Positions 1 to 10,136 are shown, numbered from the stretch's first letter. The stretch is 64,000 nt of DNA from Guillardia theta CCMP2712 (GCF_000315625.1 NW_005434657.1:21539-85538), one strand, 5' to 3'. The notes: generated by a model from the letters alone, not told the origin. Numbers and translations: made by a program.

Positions 1-387
1 ACATGGTATCAGTTTACACTCTCGGGGGACGCTCCTGAAGCATCGATGGCAGGCACTCTTGTCTAGTACCTCCTGTTTGTCTGCGTTCCATGCAGAGACA
101 TACCACGACTGTCCTTCTTCCCCCCATTCTTTGATGGCATCCTCCTGGCTCCTGACTTCAGCATGTTTGCAGGTCTGTCGAATGGCTTCGGCTAAGGCGT
201 TCATCGAGACTTCCTTGGACTGCAAGGCTCTGCCTGTCCTGCTCTGAGGGTACTGCCTGACGAAGTGTTCCAATCTTCGGATCAGCTCTCCTAGCGAAGG
301 TGCTGAAGGCGTCGTGTCCTTGTTTAGGAACTGGGAAACTCGGACACGAGCAATCTGTTTCCTTTCCTCTTTGGATAGATACCACAT
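1..387 (-). CDS. Telomeric element unit A ORF (runs off left edge); divergent paralog of the 1555-3675 and 3881-4861 proteins
   Basis: My translation from ATG 387 is open to base 1: MWYLSKEERKQIARVRVSQFLNKDTTPSAPSLGELIRRLEHFVRQYPQSRTGRALQSKEVSMNALAEAIRQTCKHAEVRSQEDAIKEWGEEGQSWY... It aligns with DLVERVKSFAKRYPNSRTAQAC...AIAEAIRSTCQQA...W...W of the other two. It is absent from the ORF track because there is no stop in the window. Confidence 0.8.
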   Translation of the reverse strand, partial: MWYLSKEERKQIARVRVSQFLNKDTTPSAPSLGELIRRLEHFVRQYPQSRTGRALQSKEVSMNALAEAIRQTCKHAEVRSQEDAIKEWGEEGQSWYVSAWNADKQEVLDKSACHRCFRSVPRECKLIPC

Positions 388-475
388 GATCAAACAACCG
401 TTTCTGCACAGAAAAATATCCTGTTCAGCACCCTAGCTCGCAGGGATCCCCTCAAACTGCAGGGGAGGAGAGCAT

Positions 476-1077
476 GTCTGTTACTCCAGCGGTCTGTCTG
501 TTACTCCAGCGGTCTGTCTGTTACTCCAGCGGTCTGTCTGTTACTCCAGCGGTCTGTCTGTTACTCCAGCGGTCTGTCTGTTACTCCAGCGGTCTGTCTG
601 TTACTCCAGCGGTCTGTCTGTTACTCCAGCGGTCTGTCTGTTACTCCAGCGGTCTGTCTGTTACTCCAGCGGTCTGTCTGTTACTCCAGCGGTCTGTCTG
701 TTACTCCAGCGGTCTGTCTGTTACTCCAGCGGTCTGTCTGTTACTCCAGCGGTCTGTCTGTTACTCCAGCGGTCTGTCTGTTACTCCAGCGGTCTGTCTG
801 TTACTCCAGCGGTCTGTCTGTTACTCCAGCGGTCTGTCTGTTACTCCAGCGGTCTGTCTGTTACTCCAGCGGTCTCTGTCTGTTACTCCAGCGGTCTTGT
901 CTGTTACTCCAGCGGTCTGTCTGTTACTCCAGCGGTCTGTCTGTTACTCCAGCGGTCTGTCTGTTACTCCAGCGGTCTGTCTGTTACTCCAGCGGTCTGT
1001 CTGTTACTCCAGCGGTCTGTCTGTTACTCCAGCGGTCTGTCTGTTACTCCAGCGGTCTGTCTGTTACTCCAGCGGTC
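476..1077. repeat. 20-bp minisatellite (GTCTGTTACTCCAGCGGTCT)~30 in the 5' leader of unit A
   Basis: Directly visible, near-perfect tandem array with two small slips near 875-900. Confidence 0.97.
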
Positions 1078-1107
1078 TCCTAAGCGCTGCCTGGAATAAC
1101 CGGCGCT

Positions 1108-1123
1108 CCTAAACCCTAAACCC
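1108..1123. repeat. Short telomeric spacer (about 2 CCCTAAA units) between units A and B
   Basis: cctaaa ccctaaa ccc. Confidence 0.85.
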
Positions 1124-1315
1124 TATTATTATTATTATTATTATTATTATTATGTGAGTTTATTAGAATGCTAGAATGTTGCTCGGCCTCGTTGTGGGCT
1201 TATGCAATTTGATCCTAGTCTAAAGAGGCGCTCGAGCACTGGGAGTACACGGCCTACAATGCGAAACCTGCTTCTGAGGCGTCTTTCTACTTTCTACTTT
1301 TGCTGTCTTCTCTTG

Positions 1316-1530
1316 GCTTCCTCAGCCTCAGTCAGGAGAGTTGCCTCTCCTCACCTTGGCCTTCGGTCACCACCTACTCTACCTCCATTCAGCTTCCTCA
1401 GCCTCAGTCAGGAGAGTTGCCTCTCCTCACCTTGGCCTTCGGTCGCCACCTACTCCTCCTCCATTCAGCTTCCTCAGCCTCAGTCAGGAGAGTTGCCTCT
1501 CCTCACCTTGGCCTTCGGTCGCCTCCTACC
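1316..1530. repeat. About three copies of a ~76-bp direct repeat in the 3' UTR of unit B
   Basis: GCTTCCTCAGCCTCAGTCAGGAGAGTTGCCTCTCCTCACCTTGGCCTTCGGTC recurs at about 1316, 1392 and 1468. Confidence 0.92.
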
Positions 1531-1554
1531 TTCTCTCCTTACCTTGAGCTCAGC

Positions 1555-3675
1555 TCAAGCTCGGTACGGGCTCGCCCCGTCTTCTTCCTCGCCCTCGCCT
1601 TGCTCTTCCTCCATGTCTTCCTCTTCTTCGTCATCTTCCCTCATCTCCACTCGCAGTCGGTCCTTCTTGTCCACCTTCAGCGAGCAGGCCAGCACATGCA
1701 TCTCTGCGAATTTACTCAGTGCTATGAACAGGAAGCTAAGAGATCGACGCTCTATGTCGTCGCTCTCCGCCTCCTGCTCAAGCTCAGCAGCTGCCGTTGC
1801 CCGTGGCGAGAACGCGCTGCCCCTCCTTGCCTTCTTGCTCTCTCCTTGCACGCGAGTCCAGCGCTTGCTCTGCAGCCACTTCCCCAGCTTCTCCTTGAGA
1901 ACGTTGCGCCCAACTCCCTGCTCCTCTGGCATCTTCGCCCACTCTCCCAGCGACATGAACTCCAGGCTCCCCGGAGAGTAGAACGTGTCGTGGAGGTTGC
2001 CAACGGCCTTGTCCAGGACCAGCTTGATCGGCTCGCTCGTCCCTGCCTCGTTCAAAGAAGCTGCCTCTTCGATGACTGCTGACAGCTCGCTGACGAGCTG
2101 CATGTCCCCTTGGCTTGACGGAGATGCTGCCTCCATTGTGATCCTCTCCAGGTCTGTAAACTCCAGCCACTCTCCCTCGCTCTCCTCCTGTCGCTGCGCT
2201 GCGTCGCTGGTGCCCCGCTGACCAGCCGCCTCAGGCTCCTTGTCGAAGCCGACTGCTTCGAGCTTGGTTGCTGCGCCTTCGAGATAGAAGGGCAGCTCCT
2301 TCATCATGCGTCGAGCATCCTCCGTGGAGCCGAGGAGGATGCATAGCTTGGACCCGTTCCAGGACTTGGTGTTCAAATCCTCCTCCATGTCGATGCCTTC
2401 AACGTTGATCTCGAGCCTGTTAGCGATCTCCAACAAGACTCTCTTGACTCTTGCGATAGACGTGTTGCCGCCGTTGCACAGCCCCTCCATCTCCTTCCTC
2501 GTGAAGCGACCAGATGCCGCCGTCGACTTGATGATGATCTTGATCTCCTTGCCGTCCTTGCCGCCTGCCTTCTTCTGCATCCTTGATGCCTTCTTCAACT
2601 TATTTCTGGATACAAAGCGATCAGCTGTCAACTCGACTGCGAGCGCCTCTCTGATCTTCGGGTCCTCGCTGAACAGAGTCAGGTGTACTCCCTCCATCGC
2701 TTCGCTCTCTCGGAAAGCTCGAAATGCTGTATCATTCGCCTCTGGGCAGCTCGAGGAGACGATCCACTCCACCTCCCTCTGTCTCCAGATGACGTTGGCC
2801 CCTACAGCGATGAAGCCTTTCTGACCTAAGCCTTTGTGGACTTGCTGTCCTGGCGCCCCAGCGACCAGCATGCCTGCCAGCGGCTGGAGCTGGACCGCTG
2901 CAAGGGACTGGCGCAGCAGCTGATAGCGATAGACGGCAGCTATCTCAGCCGTTGTCATGCCGCCCAAGGTTAGCAGGTGAGTCAGCTCTGCCAAGCTGCC
3001 CCCTTTGCCCCAGGGTCCTCTCTTGGCTCGAATCTTGAAAGATCGATCGTGCACGATGCTCACATGTACAGCTGTGAACTTGCGACCATCGATCGCGAAG
3101 TCCTCTCTTCCCTGCCAGAGCTTCTCCGCTTGTGCATTGCGGAGGAAGGAAACAGTCACCGGGATCTCCTCAGCACTCGCTATCTCGGGTCTATACGGAG
3201 CCTTCCACATGATTGCTTTACTCTCTTGCACTGAGTCTACGATCAGTCCGATCTCTTCAAATTTCTTCTTCAGCTTTTCTTCATGGTTGACATACACCGA
3301 GGAGATGCCCAGGAGAGTCATGGAGATGAAGGAAGTCACCTCGTTGCCTGCTGAGGCGGTGTATGTCTCGACCTTCTCTTTCTTGGCTTCTTCAATCTGC
3401 TGCATAAACCACTCTCTGGATGCGTCACTCCATCCAGCCATCGCTTCTTGTAGAAGCTCACGTCGTGCCTGCTGACATGTCGAGCGGATGGCTTCTGCGA
3501 TAGCGTCGGGGGTGCATCCCTCCACAGCCTTGCAAGCCTGGGCTGTCCTGCTGTTCGGATAACGCTTCGCGAAGCTCTTCACCCTCTCGACGAGATCAGC
3601 TTCGAGGACAGAGGCATCCACAAGTCCGCTCTGCGTGTATTGGCATGATCTCCGATACAGCAGGTTAGTATACAA
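1555..3675 (-). CDS. 706-aa ORF1-like protein of unit B (putative RRM-like domains, acidic C-terminus)
   Basis: Intronless long ORF. ISMTLLGIS..EEKLKKKFEEIGLIVDSV..VTVSF..AQAEKL..IDGRKFTAV fits an RRM beta-alpha-beta-beta-alpha-beta pattern by eye. The frame stays open upstream of 3675 without an ATG. Confidence 0.7.
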   Translation of the reverse strand: MYTNLLYRRSCQYTQSGLVDASVLEADLVERVKSFAKRYPNSRTAQACKAVEGCTPDAIAEAIRSTCQQARRELLQEAMAGWSDASREWFMQQIEEAKKEKVETYTASAGNEVTSFISMTLLGISSVYVNHEEKLKKKFEEIGLIVDSVQESKAIMWKAPYRPEIASAEEIPVTVSFLRNAQAEKLWQGREDFAIDGRKFTAVHVSIVHDRSFKIRAKRGPWGKGGSLAELTHLLTLGGMTTAEIAAVYRYQLLRQSLAAVQLQPLAGMLVAGAPGQQVHKGLGQKGFIAVGANVIWRQREVEWIVSSSCPEANDTAFRAFRESEAMEGVHLTLFSEDPKIREALAVELTADRFVSRNKLKKASRMQKKAGGKDGKEIKIIIKSTAASGRFTRKEMEGLCNGGNTSIARVKRVLLEIANRLEINVEGIDMEEDLNTKSWNGSKLCILLGSTEDARRMMKELPFYLEGAATKLEAVGFDKEPEAAGQRGTSDAAQRQEESEGEWLEFTDLERITMEAASPSSQGDMQLVSELSAVIEEAASLNEAGTSEPIKLVLDKAVGNLHDTFYSPGSLEFMSLGEWAKMPEEQGVGRNVLKEKLGKWLQSKRWTRVQGESKKARRGSAFSPRATAAAELEQEAESDDIERRSLSFLFIALSKFAEMHVLACSLKVDKKDRLRVEMREDDEEEEDMEEEQGEGEEEDGASPYRA

Positions 3676-3740
3676 ACCTCTCGCTTGCAGCTTCCTTGGC
3701 GCCCTGGCGGCTTCCCCTACACCTGACGAGGAGCCATGCT

Positions 3741-3816
3741 GCCGAAAATAACGGCGCCTGCCGAAAATAACGGCGCCTGCCGAAAATAACGGCGCCTGCC
3801 GAAAATAACGGCGCCT
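3741..3816. repeat. 4 x 19-bp repeat GCCGAAAATAACGGCGCCT at the 5' end of unit B
   Basis: Four perfect tandem copies abutting the telomeric tract. Confidence 0.97.
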
Positions 3817-3900
3817 CCTAAACCCTAAACCCTAAACCCTAAACCCTAAACCATAAACCCTAAACCATAAACCCTAAACCCTAAACCCTAAACCCTAAAC
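3817..3900. repeat. Interstitial telomeric tract (CCCTAAA)~12 with two CCATAAA variants
   Basis: Directly visible. Confidence 0.97.
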
Positions 3901-4970
3901 TAGTGAGCTCGACTGCAAACGTCTCTCTGAGCTTGACGTCGTCGCTGATGAGAGTGAGATGCACCCCCTCCATCGCCTCGCTCTCTCTGAACGAGGCCAA
4001 GGTCTGCTCGCAGCTTGCCGTCGAAGGCGAGCTCAGCACCCACTCTAGCTCTCTCTGCTGGAGAGTTCCAGTACTTGCCCCAACAGCAACATACGTCTTC
4101 GGGCTCGGCCCCTTGCGACCTCTCTGCCCAGGACCCTGCACGAGCATGCCCGCAAGTGGTTGTACCTCTGCGGCTGCAAGAGATTGCGAGAGCAGCTGAA
4201 ATCGATAGATCTGAGCGATCTCAGCCGTCGACATTCCTCCAAGAGCTAAGAGCTGCGATAGCTCGGCAAGGCTCCCTCCCTTGCCCCAAGGTCCTCGCTT
4301 GGCTCGAAGCTTGAACGACCGGTCATGTGCAATGCTCACCTCTGTGGCTCGAAAAGCTCTCCCTTCGATGGCGTATTCTGTCCTGCCATCGACTGAGTCT
4401 ACCATGAGACCTAGCTCCATAAGCTTCGTTTTCAACTTTTCTTCTTGTCGAACATACATCGAGGAAATCCCTAGGAGAGTCATGGAGATGAAGGAGGTCC
4501 CCTCGGTGCCTTCGGTGCCGATGTATGTCTCGACATTCTGCTTCTTGGCCTCCTCCATCTGTTGAATAAACCATGCTCTCGACTCTGAGCTCCATTCGCT
4601 CAGAGAGTCTTCAAACAGGTCGCGTCTCGCCTGCCGACATGTCGAGCGGATGGCTTCAGCGATAGCGTCGGGAGTGCATCCCCCCTCAGCTCTGCAAGCA
4701 TGAGCTGTCCGACTATTCGGATAACGCTTGGCGAAGTTCTTCACCTTCTCGACGAGGTCGGCGGCCTCCTCGACGTGGCCTCCAGAGCGCTCACCCTGCG
4801 TGTATTGGCATGATCTCCGATACAGCAGGTTGCGAACGCTCTCATCATACTGTAGTACCATGCTTAGAAAGCTGTTTGAACTATACGAACCTCTTGCTCG
4901 CAGCTTCCACCGGTCCCCTTGCGCTCTCCCTACGCGCCGCAGGGCAGCATGCTCTTACTAAGGGCTGGCT
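3901..4970 (-). mobile_element. Telomere-associated element, unit C: 3'-truncated and capped by telomeric repeats
   Basis: ORF 3881-4861 is colinear with the N-terminal half of the unit B protein up to AVELT, then runs into TTTAGGG repeats (SLGFRV*). It lacks a ~39-aa segment present in B. Confidence 0.75.
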
Positions 4971-5145
4971 CCTAAACCCTAAACCCTAAACCCTAAACCC
5001 TAAACCCTCAACCCTAAACCCTCAACCCTCAACCCTAAACCCTAAACCCTCAACCCTCAACCCTAAACCCTCAACCCTAAACCCTAAATCCTAGGCGTAT
5101 AACCCTGAACCCTAAAAACCCTGAACCTAAAAACCCAAAAACAAC
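4971..5145. repeat. Proximal telomeric tract, CCCTAAA mixed with CCCTCAA, degenerating inward
   Basis: Clean repeats 4971-5094, degenerate to about 5145; typical inner edge of a telomere. Confidence 0.95.
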
Positions 5146-5337
5146 CTCAACGTTTTTCTCCATCCCCTCCAAACTTGATCTGCGCTTCTCGTCATCCGAT
5201 TTTCGCATTTGCATGACCAGTATTCCTCTTGATTGGGTTCGAAAACGTTTTTGACCGGATTACCCACGATCTTCGTCGATTTCTGTTCGTCTTTCCTCCC
5301 CTGCTCAGCTCATTTAACTCATCATTCCATTCTGGCA

Positions 5338-8281
5338 ATGAAAGCGCAAATTATTCTTTTCGCCATCATTGCTATGATGCGGCTTTCCAATGGCACTGTT
5401 TACGTAGGAGGAGATTTCTCGAGGTGAATAGAGGAAAATGAAGGAGGATATTTGACATTTAGGCAGCTACATCGCATCCAACGGATCAAGAATCTTTGTT
5501 TCGGTGCTGGATTCCGGTTGCAGATAGTCATGTTTGACATGACACATCTCTGGCAAGGCCATTGGAGAACTGCTTACTTCCGATATCCTTCAGTTAGGAG
5601 ATGGAGTGGATTTGCAGAAGCAAGTGTCAGGTGATTCTCGCAAAAAACTCTGCTGATCCTGGCTCTTCTCTGTTTTTTTCTAAGTTGACAATCAGCAATC
5701 TCCTACCTTCCACAAGCGCCTCGGTGCGACAGAAACTGCAGCAGCACACAAGCATGCCTTGTGACGTGTGTGCCTGGAAGGTGCCTTTCCCTTCGCGGCG
5801 TGTCATGACAAACGTGCAGGATCTGATCCGGCTCTCTTCATCGGAGGAAGCTTCACGATCGCCAACGGAGCTGAAATGTATCGCATATCCCGGATAACCA
5901 ACGGCAGGTGGAAGAGCTCAAAGTTTTGAAATGAGATGACAGCGCCTGCAGCATGCTCGAGACCGACAAGGGTGTGTCCAACACAGTCTACAGCGTGCAG
6001 GCACATGAGACAAGTGGAATAGGTAAGCCTGTGCTCCTGCTTCCCTCTTCCCTCATCCTTCTCCATGCCTATCACCTTTTCTCTTTTCTGACGGCTCCTT
6101 GCCTCTTCTCTTACATTCTTCTGGCCTTCTGATGCGCCTTGGCAGTGTATTATGGGGGTGCTTTCCTGGACGCGACTGGGGTCCCAGTCGGATCTGTCAC
6201 GTCCTGGGATGGCAAGAACTGGGACCAGATGGGAGGAGGCGTCTCGTTTCCCTCCACCTGCGATGCATCTGGCACACAGCCCGTGAGACGAGGATGAGGA
6301 GAGGGGAGGGGGGCGATGGGAGGGTATCCAGCAGGAGAAATATAGAGAGAGAGTCGACAGGAGGGGAAGGAACAGGGACGAGACAGAGGAAGAGGATAGG
6401 ATTATATCCTCTCACGAAGCGGAACTGCGTAGGAGATCGCCATTGTGTACTCGATTCTACTGTTGGGAGGAGGAGGTTGCATCGCTTTCTCCTGCTCGCC
6501 AGAGCAGAGGTACATTACGTACAGGAGTGTTGGGGGATGATGGTCCCATAGGCCAAAAGTATTTGTGGGAGGAAGATTTGAGTTGGCTGGGGAAGGAAAG
6601 AACATGGTAAATTCTTCCCTCATCTTTGGTCCACTACCGCCGCTGCCACCTCCTCTTAATTTTACTCCTTGTTCTCTTTATCTTTATTCTGATACTTCAA
6701 CCAGGTGAAGGCTCGTAACATTGCTATGTGGGACCCTGCAGCAGCCAACGGTGAGGGCAGGTCAGCGAAAGGAGGTGCCACGTTCTCGTCTTTCAAAGAC
6801 TGTCACTCCAGGTGGTCGTCCCTCTGCGACTCCAACCCTCCCAACCGCTGCGACATCGATGGTGTTAGCTACAGGGTAAGCTCCTGCCCCTGCCGCTGCC
6901 CCTGCCTCTACTCCTTTTCTCCTGCTTTTTTCACTGCTGTTTCTATCGCCTCATTTCCGGCAGGGAACATCTGCTCAAGCTGCAAGCCCCGTCTACGTTT
7001 TCTCCCTCGCCTATCACGCGGCATCCAACATGCTGTACGTTGGGGGTAACTGCAATGTTCTCGCATGCTCCTGCTTAGCCTCTTCCAGGACTCTTCCAGT
7101 CAGCGGGGCAGCGATATGCTAATATCAACTCACTTGCTGCCTTCAGTCTCACATCCAAGTCCTGGTCTCACTCCTCCGGCCTCTCCCTCATATTCTTGAT
7201 GCTTTACATTCTTCAGGAGCATCGTAGGGGGAGGCATCGCAGGTCCGAGCCCTGTCGTACATGCTCTCTACATATCCCCTGGCAGTCAAGATCTCTATGT
7301 CGCTGGTGCTCCTCCTCTCTGCCTTTCGCTTCCTCACTCGTTCTACGCAGGCTCATTCTCAGCTGTCGGCAAGCAAAACTCTGGTTCGCTGCTGTCGATG
7401 CCCCCGCCCCCGCCCCTCTTCTTTCCCCTTCCCATCTTGGATTCCGCTCATCCCCATATCCAGCCCATGCCACTGTCCCCGTCCGTGCCGGGTGTTTCTG
7501 CTTCTGCTGCTATCCCTGCTTCTGCATCCAGAATCCTAATCCTCTTCTTCTGATTGTCCTTCAGACGTTCTCAGTGCCGGGCTGAACGCAGGCAACATCG
7601 CGGTTTTCTCTCTCACGTCAGGTGCTTGCGGTGCAGCCTTGTGCTCCTCCTGCTCATCTCTTGTCAGGCTCGTGGAACACGCTCAACGGGGGCATCCCTG
7701 ACGCAGACATCCGAACCGTCGCTGTAGACGGGCAGACGGTGGGACAAGCGAGCAAGTTGGGGTGACTGAGAGCGGAAGAAGTTGACAAAGCGAGTCTGGA
7801 CATCGGAGGAGGGGAGGGGGGATAAAGGGGTAGAAAAGAGATTATGATGACGAGCCGGTAGGTCTACTGCGGAGGAAAGAAGCTCTACACCAACCAGCAA
7901 TCCGGTATACGTCCCCTTCACCGTCTAGCTCTAATGCTCGTGCAGGAGTCATCGGGATATATAAGGGCGACTGGTCCCTCATTCGTACAGTAAACCCATC
8001 ACTCTTCCCATCCTCACCTCTCCTCAGGCCTCGACTGGGATGAGCAACTCGGAGGGTCTGGCTCGGTCAACTCAGTGAGCCTGACTCCCCTCTACTCCTT
8101 CAACTCCTCACTTGCTTCAAGATCGTCGCTGTCTCAAAGGCTATCGCACCGGTCAACCCGGTTCTGGGATCTGTCAACACAGGAAGGAAGCTTCAGACAT
8201 CATTTCAGCTGCTACTCTTGTGCGCAAGCGTCCTGTTCAGTCACATCTCATCCCCCAGCAGCCTTTCTTCATGGATTTTAA
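5338..8281 (+). CDS. Multi-exon secreted beta-propeller repeat protein (Kelch/Rax2-like repeats)
   Basis: Signal peptide MKAQIILFAIIAMMRLSNG. Exons encode VYVGGDF, VYYGGAF..VTSWDGKNWDQMGG, VFVGGRFELAG, ARNIAMWD, MLYVGG, LYVAG and AGNIAVFS. 3' end approximate. Confidence 0.7.
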
Positions 8282-8348
8282 TCTCATTTTAAGCTCAAAT
8301 TCTCGTTAATATCTGCCATTCGCCTTCCTTCTCTCCCTCTTGAGTTAA

Positions 8349-10101
8349 TTAGCGCTCGAGCCCTGCTGCTTGCATCAGATTTGCGAGACATCTTTCCGCA
8401 TCACCTTCATTTGCACACCAGCGTCTCCCCCACCGAACTTTGAATCTCCTGCACCCTGTTGATCCATCATAGCCACTGGCACCTGGAGCCATGCATCTTA
8501 GCATCCATGGAATCCCAAATTTCCTGAAAAGCAACATGGAGGGAAAGTGATACCTGTTGTTGAAGCTGATGCATCTGAATCAGCTGTGAATTCCCCGTCT
8601 ACCAACTTAGTTTCGACTCGCTGTGCGATAAGAATCCAACCTGAGTAGGAGCAGGCTGGCTTGATGCTTGAGTCCTCAGACCGTCTGCGAAGACCAATTA
8701 GTTCCACACACAAGAGCCTGTCAAGGCTCACGTGAATTTCCGGGCAAGCCCATCTGGTTTTGCTGAGTCGAGTTAGGCAACTGATGCATCTGCGAATGTT
8801 GTTGGAGTTGCTGGCGATAGTGACATCAGTATTGGACGTGGAGAAACGAATACTGCAGACCTGCAAGTGCTGCTGCTGCTGATGATGATGCGAGAAAAGA
8901 AGTTCCGGATCGATCTGAGCACTGTTGTCGAACCCTCATCATCAATCCTGATCCATGACAAAGCAACAAAAAAGTTACCTGCTGCCGGAAGACTTGATCT
9001 GTGGCATCCCTGAGAGGCTTGATATTGACTGGGTGAGTCCCATCCCTGGGATTCCAAGCAGATTTCCACTCATAGTGTGATGAAGCCCCTAAGTTTCAGA
9101 AACCAATTTAGTATTCTTTGCATCCAATGCACCTCTGACATACTTGCATCGTCGGGGGAGGAAATTGCGCTTGCGAAAGAGATGCAGCCAAGCCCTTCAA
9201 AGATATTCTCAGTCACCCAATCTAAGCTCAGTCAAGTGTCAATCAGCTTACTTGTGTCTGCGCTTGATGTGTCATCTGATTCTGCAAGTTTTTCATTAAC
9301 TTCCGATTCCACAGGACAATTTCAGATAACTTACCTGCATTTGCATCTGTTGGCTCGGAGAGGCCATGATATTTACAGAGTGCGAGGAATGAAGGGGCTG
9401 ACCCTTGAAACACAAATGAACCAACGAAACTCAGTGCAGGAATCAGTACCTGACCCTGCATTTGAAGTAGTGTACCCGAACCAAACATACTGAGCATGGA
9501 AGGCTGTGGAAGTATAATGTCAGCATCAAGCACGGAGATGTAATTATCATTTACCTGTCCCAGCAAGGAATTAGTGGGAGCGAATCCCTGCCTTCACGTC
9601 AAAAGGGGAAGATTGTCGATAAACGATTGCACTTGTTGTCCAAACTGTTGTGACGATTCCGTTGCTTGCGAACCTTGGGGTTTCATCTTGAATGGAAATA
9701 TTACATACGTGATTCCTACTCAGTTGAGGTCACCTGTTGCTGCTGCTGCTGCTGCTGCTGTTGCTGCTGCTGTTGCTGAAAGAGCTATGGCGTTGACTCA
9801 GACATCTTTCATGTCTCCTGTCGAACACAATTCTTACCTGCCCGGGCTGCAATAGCGGACGAGTCTGTAGCAGATGCCCGCTTCCATGCATCTTCTTGGT
9901 AACGTGAAAACGACGAAAAAAGCAATGTTCCTCTACCTGAGTAGAGGGCAGATTGGATTGGAGCTGGTTAGACAGCTGCCCTGGTTGCAACTGCAATCCC
10001 CCATGCTGAAAGTATGGTGATCACTAGAAAACTGCGGCATCAAAATTCAACCTGAGGGGATGCAAATTGTGCTGGCAGGTTGCCTGACAAGGAACCGAAT
10101 G

Positions 10102-10136
<35 letters not shown>

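Larger units (their letters stand above)
1..1107 (-). mobile_element. Telomere-associated element, unit A (5' part only)
   Basis: Begins directly after TTTAGG (minus strand) with AGCGCCGGTTATT, similar to the unit B start AGGCGCCGTTATT; then a 20-bp tandem array, then the paralogous ORF. Confidence 0.7.
1124..3816 (-). mobile_element. Telomere-associated element, unit B: apparently complete, ORF1-only (non-autonomous non-LTR-like), with (TAA)10 3' tail
   Basis: Flanked on both sides by telomeric repeats. (TAT)10 at 1124-1153 is a (TAA)n tail on the coding strand. It has 5' 19-bp repeats, one long ORF and 3' UTR repeats; no RT or endonuclease motifs were seen. Confidence 0.7.

Noticed and set aside
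158-409. 83-aa minus ORF and 59-247 plus ORF
   Set aside because: Shadow frames of the real 1-387 frame, which has homology to units B and C.
474-1112. 212-aa repetitive ORF, or CRISPR-like array
   Set aside because: Translation of a 20-bp minisatellite; no unique spacers, no cas genes, eukaryotic context.
1316-1530. Canonical hammerhead ribozyme (would indicate a Penelope-like element)
   Set aside because: CTGAGGA is present but there is no correctly spaced GAAA or three-stem closure by eye; kept only as a structured-RNA candidate.
1202-3475. Plus-strand Ser/Leu-rich ORFs
   Set aside because: Antisense shadows of the 706-aa ORF and its 3' repeats.
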